From positions 1,984,001 through 2,048,000 of the forward strand of contig OZ244239.1 of the NCBI GenBank assembly GCA_965217115.1: a DNA stretch of 64,000 nucleotides. The letters run 5' to 3'. The DNA is from Bdellovibrionales bacterium. GTDB taxonomy: Bacteria; Bdellovibrionota; Bdellovibrionia; Bdellovibrionales; CAYMLA01. The notes under the pieces were generated by a model. The model saw nothing but the letters and a program-made list of their open reading frames with translations, made no database searches and was not told where the DNA came from. The position numbers and the translations under genes were made by a program. Position 1 is the stretch's first letter; each line of letters starts with the position of its first letter. Shown piece by piece: positions 20,517-29,683 of this stretch.

Positions 20517-20600
20517 TCTGTATCGCTCATCTGAGCAATGGTTTTATCACAAGCTTTGCCCATGATTTCTTTAATTAAATAAACTTCTACCCATCCCTCG

Positions 20601-20696
20601 CAAATAGTCAATAAAGTTATTTGATTTGGAATTTTTTACAAATTTGCGAATCGAATTGACTCATAAATAATCACACCGAAAAGACCTGAGGACGAA
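20601..20696. repeat. Shared upstream (promoter-like) region, copy 2
   Basis: tttacaaatttgcgaa(tcgaa)ttgactcataaataatcacaccgaaaagacctgaggacgaa; has a 5-bp micro-duplication relative to copy 1. Confidence 0.85.
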
Positions 20697-20782
20697 AATG
20701 GGAGGTGACAAACGAATGTTTGAGCAAGAAAAGGGCTGGATTCTTTTGGGAGAGACTCTAGAAAAAAAACGGCATTAGACTC
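20697..20782. repeat. Palindromic element, variant 3: right half with complete 55-bp arm
   Basis: 20697-20737 is a direct repeat of 18900-18940 (39/41); 20728-20782 is an inverted repeat of 18806-18860; ends 15 bp from the tRNA-Arg 3' end. Confidence 0.85.
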
Positions 20783-20797
20783 GCAGAGCTTGCCAAA

Positions 20798-20874
20798 TGG
20801 TGACCGCGGCAGGAATCGAACCTGCGGCCTACAGTTTAGGAAACTGTCGCTCTATCCTACTGAGCTACGCGATC
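20798..20874 (-). tRNA. tRNA-Arg (CCT)
   Basis: GATCGCGTAGCTCAGTAGGATAGAGCG-ACAGT-TTCCTAA-ACTGT-AGGCCGCAGGTTCGATTCCTGCCGCGGTCACCA. Confidence 0.96.
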
Positions 20875-20917
20875 CTCTAAGAACGGAAACTCTAGCATGG
20901 GTTTTCTGTAAATGGAA

Positions 20918-22555
20918 TTACTTAGTTTGAAAGAGAGTTTTGTCTGAGGCCCATTTCTGATTAAGTTTTTTGAGTCCATCAAGCCAAGTCGTCGGAGAGT
21001 TGACGGTGTTTGTAAAAGATCGCTCGGTCATAAGAATAGCAGAACCTTCTTCGGAAGAGCCTTTAGAAATGTCATTGAGGATTGATTTTTTCCGAGTGAT
21101 GAGTTTGGAGAGAGTCTCTGACGAACATAAGAGTTTAACTTGAGAGGACAACTCCATAGAATTAAAAAAGTCACAGTATTCAATAACGGCATTAAGATTA
21201 AAATAAAACAGCTGAAATTGGTCTTGGGAATCTTGATAATGGATTTTTAAATGAGAATCACTCCAATCAAGGCCACTCTCAATGAAAAAGCGATGGGCGA
21301 ACTCATGATTGACTTCTCTCTTAGCGACTCTCTCTAAAAAGGGGGTTAATTTGGGGAACAAATCACTTTCAGATTTGCTAGCAACTGGATAAAATTTAAG
21401 GGAAAAGGTATCAACCCACCATTTCGTAAAAGACAAGTATCTATCATATGTTTTCTTGGTGTTGTTTATAGACCAATTTAAGTAACGTTGAGCTTGAGAT
21501 TTGAACAAGAAACGGTCGAGAGAAATCTTTAGCTTGAGTAACTCAGCGGGGCCAACACTACTAAATTGATCATTGTGGATATCCTCTAAGTTCTTCTTTT
21601 CGGCAAGAACCCATTCAAGGCTATTGATTGTTTCTAGAGTAATCTCTCCCAGAGGTTTAAGAAATTTCTTATCTGCTTCGGATGCTAAGACAGACCACTT
21701 TTCTGATGAAAAATTAATTTTTTTGGAAGTGGGAAAGAGGTAACTTTTAATAATTTGTTCACAGTTAGTGCAGTTCTTGGACAGATCTTGAAGTCGGCTA
21801 AGGAGGGTTTCCTGTAGTTTTGTAAGTTCAGAAACTCTTTTCATGGGATGAGTTGAATTGACCAGTTGTTGTCTGATTTCATAATAGGAACAAAGGGTAT
21901 TTGCGTAGGCATCCCGTTGAGATTTTTCTTTGAAATCGTAGCCGGGATTAGCCGCTGAGACATAGGTTTTCAAACCGGTAAGGACACCTGAAGTTAATGA
22001 TCCAAAAAGAGTAATGGGGGCACCGTAGGGGCCTGAAACCATGGCTGCCAGCCGTGTTATTTCGGTAATGATACTAGCGGCATTTGAAAGGGCTTGGGAC
22101 TTAGTTTTTTCTCTTTCAAAGCAACTTGAGTTTTTGATGGCCCCCATGAACTTAAAGAAAACTTGGGTGGCCGAATAAGCATATTTTTGGATAAAAGCAG
22201 TTTGTTGCGCTGTGAGAGCTTTGTTTTTATTCTTATCAAAGAGGTCAAAGAAATTGATCCTTTGATTTGAAGAGAGAAAACTGTGAACACCATTGAGTGT
22301 GGAGTTAACATTTGTCTGTTCCTTTTCCGTGCTGCAATTTCTGGCTTCGTTGCGGATTTTATCTCTGAGCTGATCAAACGTATTAATCAGTTGAGAAATT
22401 TGGGGATGAATAGAAGGGCATTGAATTTTGTGATAGCTGAGATCTTCTGCTGAAGAATCAACGGCAAAGAAGTGAGTAGATGAAGAGTAGGATTGACTTG
22501 AAAAGCCCAGGGAGATGAGAACGGTTGTAAATAAGGTAGACATTGTATTTTTCAT
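20918..22555 (-). CDS. Secreted, largely helical hypothetical protein
   Basis: Signal peptide, paired cysteines, amphipathic helices, one hydrophobic hairpin (LAAMVSGPYGAPITLFGSLTSGVL). Confidence 0.75.
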   Translation of the reverse strand: MKNTMSTLFTTVLISLGFSSQSYSSSTHFFAVDSSAEDLSYHKIQCPSIHPQISQLINTFDQLRDKIRNEARNCSTEKEQTNVNSTLNGVHSFLSSNQRINFFDLFDKNKNKALTAQQTAFIQKYAYSATQVFFKFMGAIKNSSCFEREKTKSQALSNAASIITEITRLAAMVSGPYGAPITLFGSLTSGVLTGLKTYVSAANPGYDFKEKSQRDAYANTLCSYYEIRQQLVNSTHPMKRVSELTKLQETLLSRLQDLSKNCTNCEQIIKSYLFPTSKKINFSSEKWSVLASEADKKFLKPLGEITLETINSLEWVLAEKKNLEDIHNDQFSSVGPAELLKLKISLDRFLFKSQAQRYLNWSINNTKKTYDRYLSFTKWWVDTFSLKFYPVASKSESDLFPKLTPFLERVAKREVNHEFAHRFFIESGLDWSDSHLKIHYQDSQDQFQLFYFNLNAVIEYCDFFNSMELSSQVKLLCSSETLSKLITRKKSILNDISKGSSEEGSAILMTERSFTNTVNSPTTWLDGLKKLNQKWASDKTLFQTK

Positions 22556-22706
22556 GATTTGGACTCTAGCATAAAATAAAAAAAAAGCGAAATTCAGTTG
22601 AGAAAACAGAGCATTTCTGTACTATTTACATGGTTTGAGTGGACATGTGTGATATTAATGGGAAGAGATTTGTGAAAATAACCGATTGCGGTGATGGAGC
22701 CTTGAA

Positions 22707-23201
22707 ATGATGGAAAAAAAGTTAGGTCTTGTGATATTGGTTTTTTGGCTTGTGGGTTGCTCGTCACCGACAAAAATAAAGCCAGTGTCTGGAGAGCAGA
22801 TTTTTGTAGCTCCTTTTGATAAAGTTTGGCGGGCGACACAAATAGCATTGGTTAAGTATCCCATTCGCACAAATAATATTGATCAGGGTATTTTAGAGAC
22901 AGATAATATTCATAGCTACGATGGATGGAAGCCACCCCATAAGAGTGCTAAAAAATCCGGAGGTCTTTATTACAAGTTGCTCATTAAGGTGATCAAAGGT
23001 CGTTATCGTGAAAGAGAAGTGACGAAAGTGATTGTTAGCAAAAAAATTAATCTAAAGCGCTCCTTTTTCTCTGAAAACCAAGAACGCCAGAGTGATGGTT
23101 TAGAAGAAAAGGTAATTCTTTATCGTATTAAGCGAGAATTGAAAATAGAGAGAGCCTTTGAAAGATCAGATAAAAAGACAAAAGAATCAGAGAACTCTTA
23201 A
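22707..23201 (+). CDS. Lipoprotein (BamC/DUF3568-like helix-grip domain possible)
   Basis: Lipobox LVG|C; FDKVWRATQIAL...IDQGILETD motif. Confidence 0.7.
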   Translation: MMEKKLGLVILVFWLVGCSSPTKIKPVSGEQIFVAPFDKVWRATQIALVKYPIRTNNIDQGILETDNIHSYDGWKPPHKSAKKSGGLYYKLLIKVIKGRYREREVTKVIVSKKINLKRSFFSENQERQSDGLEEKVILYRIKRELKIERAFERSDKKTKESENS

Positions 23202-23227
23202 AAGCCCGTTTGAGTGGCTATGGAAAC

Positions 23228-24043
23228 TTAGCTGGGGTTTTCCGTGGAAGAGTCCATTTCAACGGAGTAACCATTGTGCTTGCGGACATTGAAAACGCCT
23301 GTGTCTAGCAAGAGATATTGACCTTTGATTCCCTGCAAAGTCCCCAAAATGGTAGGAGTCTTCTCTAGAGAGAGGGAGAGAATCTTCTGGGGATAAACTT
23401 CCACTGGATATTCAAGAAAAATGGGATCATCCTCAAGAAACTCTACGTCATCAAAGGCTTCGAGCTCTTGTTCAATACTGTCAACAATCCCGTTGCGAGC
23501 TGTCTCTAGATCGATGTCCTCAATATCGTTTGTGAGCATCTTGCGCCAATTGGTTTTGTCAGAGACGTAGTCCTTCATAAGAACTTCAATAAGACCAGAT
23601 TGAAGTCTGTCCTTAACTCTAAAGACAGGAATGGCTGAAATAGCCCCCTGATCTATCCACCGTGTTGGAATTTGTGATTCCCTGGTGATGCCCACCTTTA
23701 AGCCTGATGAATTGGACAAATAGACATAATGGGGTTTCATGCAATGGGATTGGGCCCAGTTTTCGTCTCGGCAGGTTCCTTTAGAAAAGTGGCAAGTTTC
23801 AGGTTTAAGAATACACATATCGGCTTCAGCGAGTTTTTGACTGCACGGATAACAATAGCCTCCTGAAAAGCTTTTCTTAGTGATCTTTTGACAATGAACG
23901 CAGTGAATCTGTCCTGAGTATTGGATTCTGATTTCTCTCCCAATGAGGGCGTTCATGTCTACCTTGTCACCGCCCAAATTTAGAGTGTAGGAAATAGGGG
24001 AGTTGAGAGCTGTGGACATTTTGTATAGATTCCCTGTTTTCAT
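23228..24043 (-). CDS. DUF2797 domain protein
   Basis: GNLYKM, CVHC...KKSFSGGYCYPC, PETCHF, PHYVYL, KVGITR, RWIDQGA, DKTNWRKML, GIKGQYLL, NVRKH. Confidence 0.9.
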   Translation of the reverse strand: MKTGNLYKMSTALNSPISYTLNLGGDKVDMNALIGREIRIQYSGQIHCVHCQKITKKSFSGGYCYPCSQKLAEADMCILKPETCHFSKGTCRDENWAQSHCMKPHYVYLSNSSGLKVGITRESQIPTRWIDQGAISAIPVFRVKDRLQSGLIEVLMKDYVSDKTNWRKMLTNDIEDIDLETARNGIVDSIEQELEAFDDVEFLEDDPIFLEYPVEVYPQKILSLSLEKTPTILGTLQGIKGQYLLLDTGVFNVRKHNGYSVEMDSSTENPS

Positions 24044-24163
24044 AGAGTGATGATAGCAAATTTACGCAATGAGTTGAAGGGGTATTTTTATATATAATCT
24101 CCATTTACTTGCTAATCGTAGAATATATCTAGTAAAAGGGAGGGAAATAAGAGAAAAAAAAGA

Positions 24164-25270
24164 ATGGAGAGAGAAACTATTTCTTTAAGAACATCTTTAA
24201 CAGTGGGGATCAAAATGAGAATCATTAATTCACTCAGTATGATAGTATTAACGGCATTGATTGGTGCAACAGCCTTGGCTGATCGTGTGATTCAATGGAG
24301 TGGCGATTTACGTTATCGTCAGGAAGTCATTGAGTCTGATACTGTAGGTAGAAGTCGTTCCCGTATTCGGGCGCGGATTAAAGCCGAAGCTGAAGTGAAT
24401 GAGAAGGTTGATGTGACCCTACGCTTGGCAACAGGTGGTCATGGCGTGACTTCAACGAATCAGACACTCGGTAATTATGGCAGCAATAAGCCGATCGATT
24501 TAGATATGGCTTATTTTGAATGGAGACCGGTAGGGAGTCTAAAAATTTGGGCTGGAAAAATGAAAAACCCCCTTTACCAGGGAAATAGTGATCTGATTTT
24601 TGATACTGACTGGACTCCAGGTGGTTATGCTTTTAATTATGAGACGGGCAGGGATGATGGGTTTGCTATGTTCATTAATTTTTCCGAAATTTCTATTGAT
24701 GAGAGAGCAAACACTAAAAGGGATGCTTCTTTAGATGGGTCACAGATTGGGTTTAGAATTCCTTTCCTTGGCACTGAGTTAACTCTAGGGTATGGGGCTT
24801 TGAGGTTTGACAATATAAAAGGTTATGATGGGGCTTTTATCAATAGAGGAAACAGTCTTGTCTTAGACAAATATGTCAATGAGTACAATCTCCAGCAAAT
24901 ATTCTTAGCCTATGATTTTAAAATCAAAGATATTGGTGTGCAGATTTTTGTTGAAGATGTGAATAACACCGAGGTTGTTGAGCAAAGCAAGGGGTTTCTC
25001 TACGGCTTTAAAGTAGGTAACGCCGAGAAAAAGGGAACATGGGATCTAAAAATAACTTATAGAGAGCTTGAAAAGGACGCTGTTTTGGGTGGCATCACTG
25101 ACGGGGATACTTTTGGAGGAACTGATGGCAAGGGTGTTGTTCTTGGTTTTAATTATGCCTGTGGTGATAATTCCTCTTTAGGATTGAGTTTCTATGATGT
25201 AAAACGCTCTGTTTCTATGGTAGAAATAGATTATAAAAAACTTCATTTGAATTACGTAATGAAATTTTAA
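24164..25270 (+). CDS. Putative porin (Porin_5-like), likely phosphate-related; probable start 24215
   Basis: WSGDLRYRQE, RSRIRARI, RLATG...STNQTL, IDLDMAYF, AGKMKNP, C-terminal Phe; first gene of the pst operon. Confidence 0.85.
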   Translation: MERETISLRTSLTVGIKMRIINSLSMIVLTALIGATALADRVIQWSGDLRYRQEVIESDTVGRSRSRIRARIKAEAEVNEKVDVTLRLATGGHGVTSTNQTLGNYGSNKPIDLDMAYFEWRPVGSLKIWAGKMKNPLYQGNSDLIFDTDWTPGGYAFNYETGRDDGFAMFINFSEISIDERANTKRDASLDGSQIGFRIPFLGTELTLGYGALRFDNIKGYDGAFINRGNSLVLDKYVNEYNLQQIFLAYDFKIKDIGVQIFVEDVNNTEVVEQSKGFLYGFKVGNAEKKGTWDLKITYRELEKDAVLGGITDGDTFGGTDGKGVVLGFNYACGDNSSLGLSFYDVKRSVSMVEIDYKKLHLNYVMKF

Positions 25271-25331
25271 TTTTTTTGTCATTTTTGGGCTACTTTGTTA
25301 TGCCATGAGTGTTTAAACAGGAAATGGTAAA

Positions 25332-26252
25332 ATGTTTAGAAGTATCATAGTGGTTTTAGCTGCTTTAGTAGCAGCTGTTCCGGGGCAAGGCGCTTCTAGA
25401 TTAAGAGGCAAGGTGCGAATCGATGGATCGAGTACAGTTTTTCCCATCACCGAAGCTGTGGCTGAAGAATTTAACAAAGAGTTTCCTCGGGTAAGGGTTC
25501 AGATAGGTATTTCTGGAACAGGCGGGGGCTTTAAGAAGTTTTTTAGAAAAGAATCTGATATTAATAATGCTTCGAGAGAAATTCAAGGTAAAGAACTGGA
25601 ACTAGCAAAGGAAAAAGGGGCTGATTATTTAGAATTAGCTGTGGCCTATGATGGAATATCTGTGGTGATTAATCGGGAAAACACCTGGGCACGCACGATG
25701 ACGACAGGACAATTAAAAAAGATATGGCAGGCGGGGAGCAAGGTAAAAAAATGGTCAGATATAGATTCGAAATGGCCCCAGACGCCCCTTCGTCTTTATG
25801 GCCCAGGCACTGACTCTGGTACATTTGATTACTTTACAAAAGTGATCAATGGCAAATCCCATTCGAGTCGTGCGGATTACACAAAGAGTGAAGATGACAA
25901 TGTTTTAGTAAAAGGCGTCACAGGGGATAAAAACGCCTTGGCTTATTTTGGTTATGCCTATTATCGTGAGAATATAAAAAAGCTAAATGCTGTGGCACTG
26001 AGTTATAAAGGGGGCAAAGGAGTCCTGCCCTCAGTGGAGACGATTAATAACAATTCCTATAAACCCTTGTCGCGACCGATTTTCATCTATGTCAGTAAGT
26101 CTTCATTGAAAAACCCTGGAGTGAAGGAATTTATCATTTATTATTTGAAAACAGCAGGACAACTTGTGAATCAAGTGGGATATGTGGCTCTTCCTGAGAA
26201 AAAATATAAGAGGTTATTAAAAAGATTTAAGAAATGGGCTTCTGCTGAATAA
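25332..26252 (+). CDS. pstS: Phosphate ABC transporter substrate-binding protein
   Basis: IDGSSTVFPITEAVAEEF, SGTGGGFKKF, NASR, DSGTFDYF, SEDDN, PLSRPIFIY. Confidence 0.96.
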   Translation: MFRSIIVVLAALVAAVPGQGASRLRGKVRIDGSSTVFPITEAVAEEFNKEFPRVRVQIGISGTGGGFKKFFRKESDINNASREIQGKELELAKEKGADYLELAVAYDGISVVINRENTWARTMTTGQLKKIWQAGSKVKKWSDIDSKWPQTPLRLYGPGTDSGTFDYFTKVINGKSHSSRADYTKSEDDNVLVKGVTGDKNALAYFGYAYYRENIKKLNAVALSYKGGKGVLPSVETINNNSYKPLSRPIFIYVSKSSLKNPGVKEFIIYYLKTAGQLVNQVGYVALPEKKYKRLLKRFKKWASAE

Positions 26253-26264
26253 AAAGGGCGAGGT

Positions 26265-27137
26265 TTGAATCAGACTGTTGATAAAATTTTAAAAGCATTA
26301 TTACTCATCTGTACTACGGTGACAGTTTTCACGACCATCGCTGTTTTGGTGATGCTGGGTCAGGAGTCTTTTTCTTTTTTTTCTGAAGTTTCGATTTTTG
26401 ATTTCTTGTTTGGAACTCGTTGGACGCCGCTGTTAGATCCAAATTCCTTTGGTGTTCTGCCGTTGGTTTCAGGAACGATGCTGATCGTGATCGGCGGTGT
26501 GGGTTTAGCTCTTCCAGCTGGTATATTGGCGGCTATTTATCTCAGTGAATTTGCCCACGAAAAAACAAGGGCTATTGTTAAGCCAACCTTAGAGATACTG
26601 GCAGGTGTACCGACAGTGGTTTATGGGTACTTTGCACTGACTTTTGTGACTCCTGTTTTGAAGCAATTTTTTCCAGATATTCAGGTCTTTAATGCTGCAT
26701 CGGGTGCCATTGTTGTGTCTATTATGATTTTACCGATGGTGTCTTCTCTTTGTGATGATGCCTTCCGTGCTGTTCCGATGCATATGCGAGAGGCGGGATA
26801 TGGATTAGGGGCAAGCCCTTTTGAGGTCGTGACGGGAGTGTTAATACCAGCCTCTGTTACTCGTATAGGGGCAGCTGTTATTTTAGCAGTTTCCCGCGCT
26901 GTGGGAGAGACGATGGCAGTCACCTTGGCGGCAGGGGCGACGCCCAATATGACAATAAGTCCTCTGGAGAGCATTCAAACGATGACAGCCTATATTGTGC
27001 AAGTGAGTTTGGGTGATACGCCAGCAGGTGGAGTGGAGTACTTAACTTGTTTTGCCGTTGGAGCACTCTTGTTTGTGGGTACAATGTCGATGAATATGTT
27101 AGGTAGTTATTTGATGTCTCGCGTGGAGAGTCGATGA
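26265..27137 (+). CDS. pstC: Phosphate ABC transporter permease
   Basis: FGVLPLVSGT, AIYLSEFA, LEILAGVPTVVYGYF, SRAVGETMAV. Confidence 0.95.
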   Translation: MNQTVDKILKALLLICTTVTVFTTIAVLVMLGQESFSFFSEVSIFDFLFGTRWTPLLDPNSFGVLPLVSGTMLIVIGGVGLALPAGILAAIYLSEFAHEKTRAIVKPTLEILAGVPTVVYGYFALTFVTPVLKQFFPDIQVFNAASGAIVVSIMILPMVSSLCDDAFRAVPMHMREAGYGLGASPFEVVTGVLIPASVTRIGAAVILAVSRAVGETMAVTLAAGATPNMTISPLESIQTMTAYIVQVSLGDTPAGGVEYLTCFAVGALLFVGTMSMNMLGSYLMSRVESR

Positions 27138-28021
27138 AAAACCTAGAAATCAATTATCAGAGTTCTCACTTCCATAAAATGCGACGATGGAAAAACCGTT
27201 TTTTCCAATGGGTATGTGCTTGTGTGACTTGGATGGCCGTGGCTGTTTTGTTGATCTTGATTTATCACATATTGATTCAAGGTTTAAGCTGGTTGGATGT
27301 GGATTTTTTATTGAATTTTCAATCCCGTTATCCAGAAAAAGCAGGGATAAAGGCAGCTATTGTTGGTTCTATTTGGTTAATCACAATGACGGCTTGTCTG
27401 TCTGTGCCGATTGGCGTGGGAACGGCATTGTTTCTAGAGGAATACACTCTCCGCAAAAAAAGGTGGGTAAAGATTATTCAGATCAACATTAATAATCTCG
27501 CGGGCATGCCTTCAATTGTGTATGGATTATTAGGGTTAGCTTTGTTTGTTAGATTTTTTGGGTTAGGCAGAAGCCTTTGGGCAGCGAGTATGACCTTGGG
27601 ACTTCTGGTGTTACCCATGATTATTATTACTTCTCAGGAGGCGATTCGCGCTGTACCGGCAACTATTCGTGAGGCGGGATATGGATTGGGGGCACATCGT
27701 TGGCAGGTTTTATTGCAATTAGTCTTGCCTGCTGCACTGCCGGGTATTTTAACGGGTATTATTTTATCTGTTTCTAGAGTTATGGGAGAGACAGCTCCGC
27801 TGATTATGGTAGGAGCCTTGAGTTATGTGGCATTTTTGCCAGAAGGCCCTTCAGATTCATTCACCGTTCTACCCATGCAAATTTTTAATTGGGCCTCTCG
27901 ACCTCAGGAGGAGTTCCATTATTTGGCAGCAGCAGCTATTATTGTGTTATTAGTGATATTGTTTTTAATGAGTTTAGGGGCAATTATGATTCGTCAAAAA
28001 TTTCAAAAGTACAAATTATAA
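27134..28021 (+). CDS. pstA: Phosphate ABC transporter permease
   Basis: AGIKAAIVGS, LEEY, NLAGMPSIVYGLLG, SQEAIRAVP, GETAPL. Confidence 0.95.
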   Translation: MKNLEINYQSSHFHKMRRWKNRFFQWVCACVTWMAVAVLLILIYHILIQGLSWLDVDFLLNFQSRYPEKAGIKAAIVGSIWLITMTACLSVPIGVGTALFLEEYTLRKKRWVKIIQININNLAGMPSIVYGLLGLALFVRFFGLGRSLWAASMTLGLLVLPMIIITSQEAIRAVPATIREAGYGLGAHRWQVLLQLVLPAALPGILTGIILSVSRVMGETAPLIMVGALSYVAFLPEGPSDSFTVLPMQIFNWASRPQEEFHYLAAAAIIVLLVILFLMSLGAIMIRQKFQKYKL

Positions 28022-28061
28022 TGAAAATGGTGGTGAATGTGTGTAATGAGTATAAAGATGG

Positions 28062-28841
28062 ATGAGCGTGGAAATGATGACTAAGACTCTTAATGAGTAT
28101 GCTCTTTCGATGGAGAGTTTTTCTGTTTATTATGGAGAAAAGCAAGCTGTCAGGAGTGTTGACCTTAATATCAATCAAAGCAAGGTGACAGCAATTATTG
28201 GTCCCTCTGGTTGTGGTAAAAGCACGTTATTGCGTTGTTTTAACCGCATGAATGATTTTGTACCAAGCTTACGCACTGAGGGGAAGGCAGCTCTTTTTGG
28301 CAGAGACCTGTACAAGGATAATGTAGATCCAGTAGATTTGAGACGTCGTGTGGGAATGGTCTTCCAGAAACCAAATCCTTTTCCAAAGTCGATTTATAAA
28401 AATATTATTTGGGGTCCTAAGGTCAATGGCTATAAATGTGACTACGATGAGCTTGTTGAAAACTCACTTAAGAGAGCAGCTTTATGGGACGAGGTGAAGG
28501 ATCGTTTGCAGGACTCTGCACTGGCGTTATCTGGTGGTCAGCAACAGAGACTCTGTATTGCAAGAACGATTGCCATGAATCCAGAAGTTATTTTAATGGA
28601 TGAGCCGTGTTCGGCTTTAGACCCAAAGGCAACAGCGAGGATTGAGTCTTTAATAAGTGAATTGAGTGATAAGTATACGATTGTGATTGTAACTCATAAT
28701 ATGCAACAGGCGGCACGTGTTTCTGACGAGACATTGTTTTTTTACGAAGGCCAGCTTATTGAGTATGGAAGAACAGAGGATATTTTTACTGTTCCTAAAA
28801 ATAAAAAAACAGAAGATTATATTTCTGGAAGGTTTGGGTGA
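28062..28841 (+). CDS. pstB: Phosphate ABC transporter ATP-binding protein
   Basis: [53 protein letters not shown]. Confidence 0.97.
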   Translation: MSVEMMTKTLNEYALSMESFSVYYGEKQAVRSVDLNINQSKVTAIIGPSGCGKSTLLRCFNRMNDFVPSLRTEGKAALFGRDLYKDNVDPVDLRRRVGMVFQKPNPFPKSIYKNIIWGPKVNGYKCDYDELVENSLKRAALWDEVKDRLQDSALALSGGQQQRLCIARTIAMNPEVILMDEPCSALDPKATARIESLISELSDKYTIVIVTHNMQQAARVSDETLFFYEGQLIEYGRTEDIFTVPKNKKTEDYISGRFG

Positions 28842-28844
28842 TGT

Positions 28845-29546
28845 ATGTCAGTGCATTTAAGCAATGAAATTCGTGAATTAAAAAAAGCTCTTTTATCTCT
28901 TTGTACTCTCGTTGAATATTCAGTTAGAGAATCTATCAATGCGGTGAAAAACAATGATATAAAAAAAGCTCAAGCTGTGATCGAGAATGACCATAATATT
29001 GACATAAAAGAGGTGGAGTTTGAGGAAAATTGTTTAAAATTATTGGCTCTCTATCAGCCAGTGGCCTATGACTTACGTTTCTTAGTCGCAGCATTGAAAA
29101 TTAATAATGATTTAGAGAGAATTGGCGATTTGGCTGTCAATATTGCCAAACGCTATAAATCACTATCGAAATTATTCCATGAAAGTGGCAAGGTCCCATT
29201 TGATTTTGAACCGATGTCAAATAAGACCATTGAGATGCTCAAAATGGCAATTGATGCTCTGGTGTCAGAGGACACGAAAATGGCCCAGCAAGTGTGTGTG
29301 GATGATGAGCAAGTTGATGAAATGAACCGTCAAATGCATCAATTGGCCTATGAAAAAATTAAGAAATACCCAGAAGACACAAAGGCCTTAATCAGCGGCC
29401 TATCAATCTCTAAGCATCTAGAGAGAATAGCCGATTATGCGACAAATATATCAGAGGATATTATATACATGATTAATGGAACAATTATACGGCATATGCC
29501 AGAAGATCAGCTACTTATAGGGAAAAATGATTTTGATTCTGAGTAG
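28845..29546 (+). CDS. phoU: Phosphate signalling protein PhoU
   Basis: QPVAYDLR, DLERIGDLAVNIA, LERIADYATNISE. Confidence 0.96.
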   Translation: MSVHLSNEIRELKKALLSLCTLVEYSVRESINAVKNNDIKKAQAVIENDHNIDIKEVEFEENCLKLLALYQPVAYDLRFLVAALKINNDLERIGDLAVNIAKRYKSLSKLFHESGKVPFDFEPMSNKTIEMLKMAIDALVSEDTKMAQQVCVDDEQVDEMNRQMHQLAYEKIKKYPEDTKALISGLSISKHLERIADYATNISEDIIYMINGTIIRHMPEDQLLIGKNDFDSE

Positions 29547-29683
29547 GTAATAGCCAGAAGAGATGATATAGAGAGGCCTCTGAAGCGGGTTTTTAGTAAT
29601 GCTGCGCGCCAATCGTCAAGAAAACATGGACTTTAGTCCTAAGATTTTTGAGTATTGGAGGACTTCAAATGGAGTAAACATCT

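Noticed and set aside
25270..25295. Pho box upstream of pstS
   Set aside because: Only one TGTCAT half-site; no 11-bp-periodic repeat
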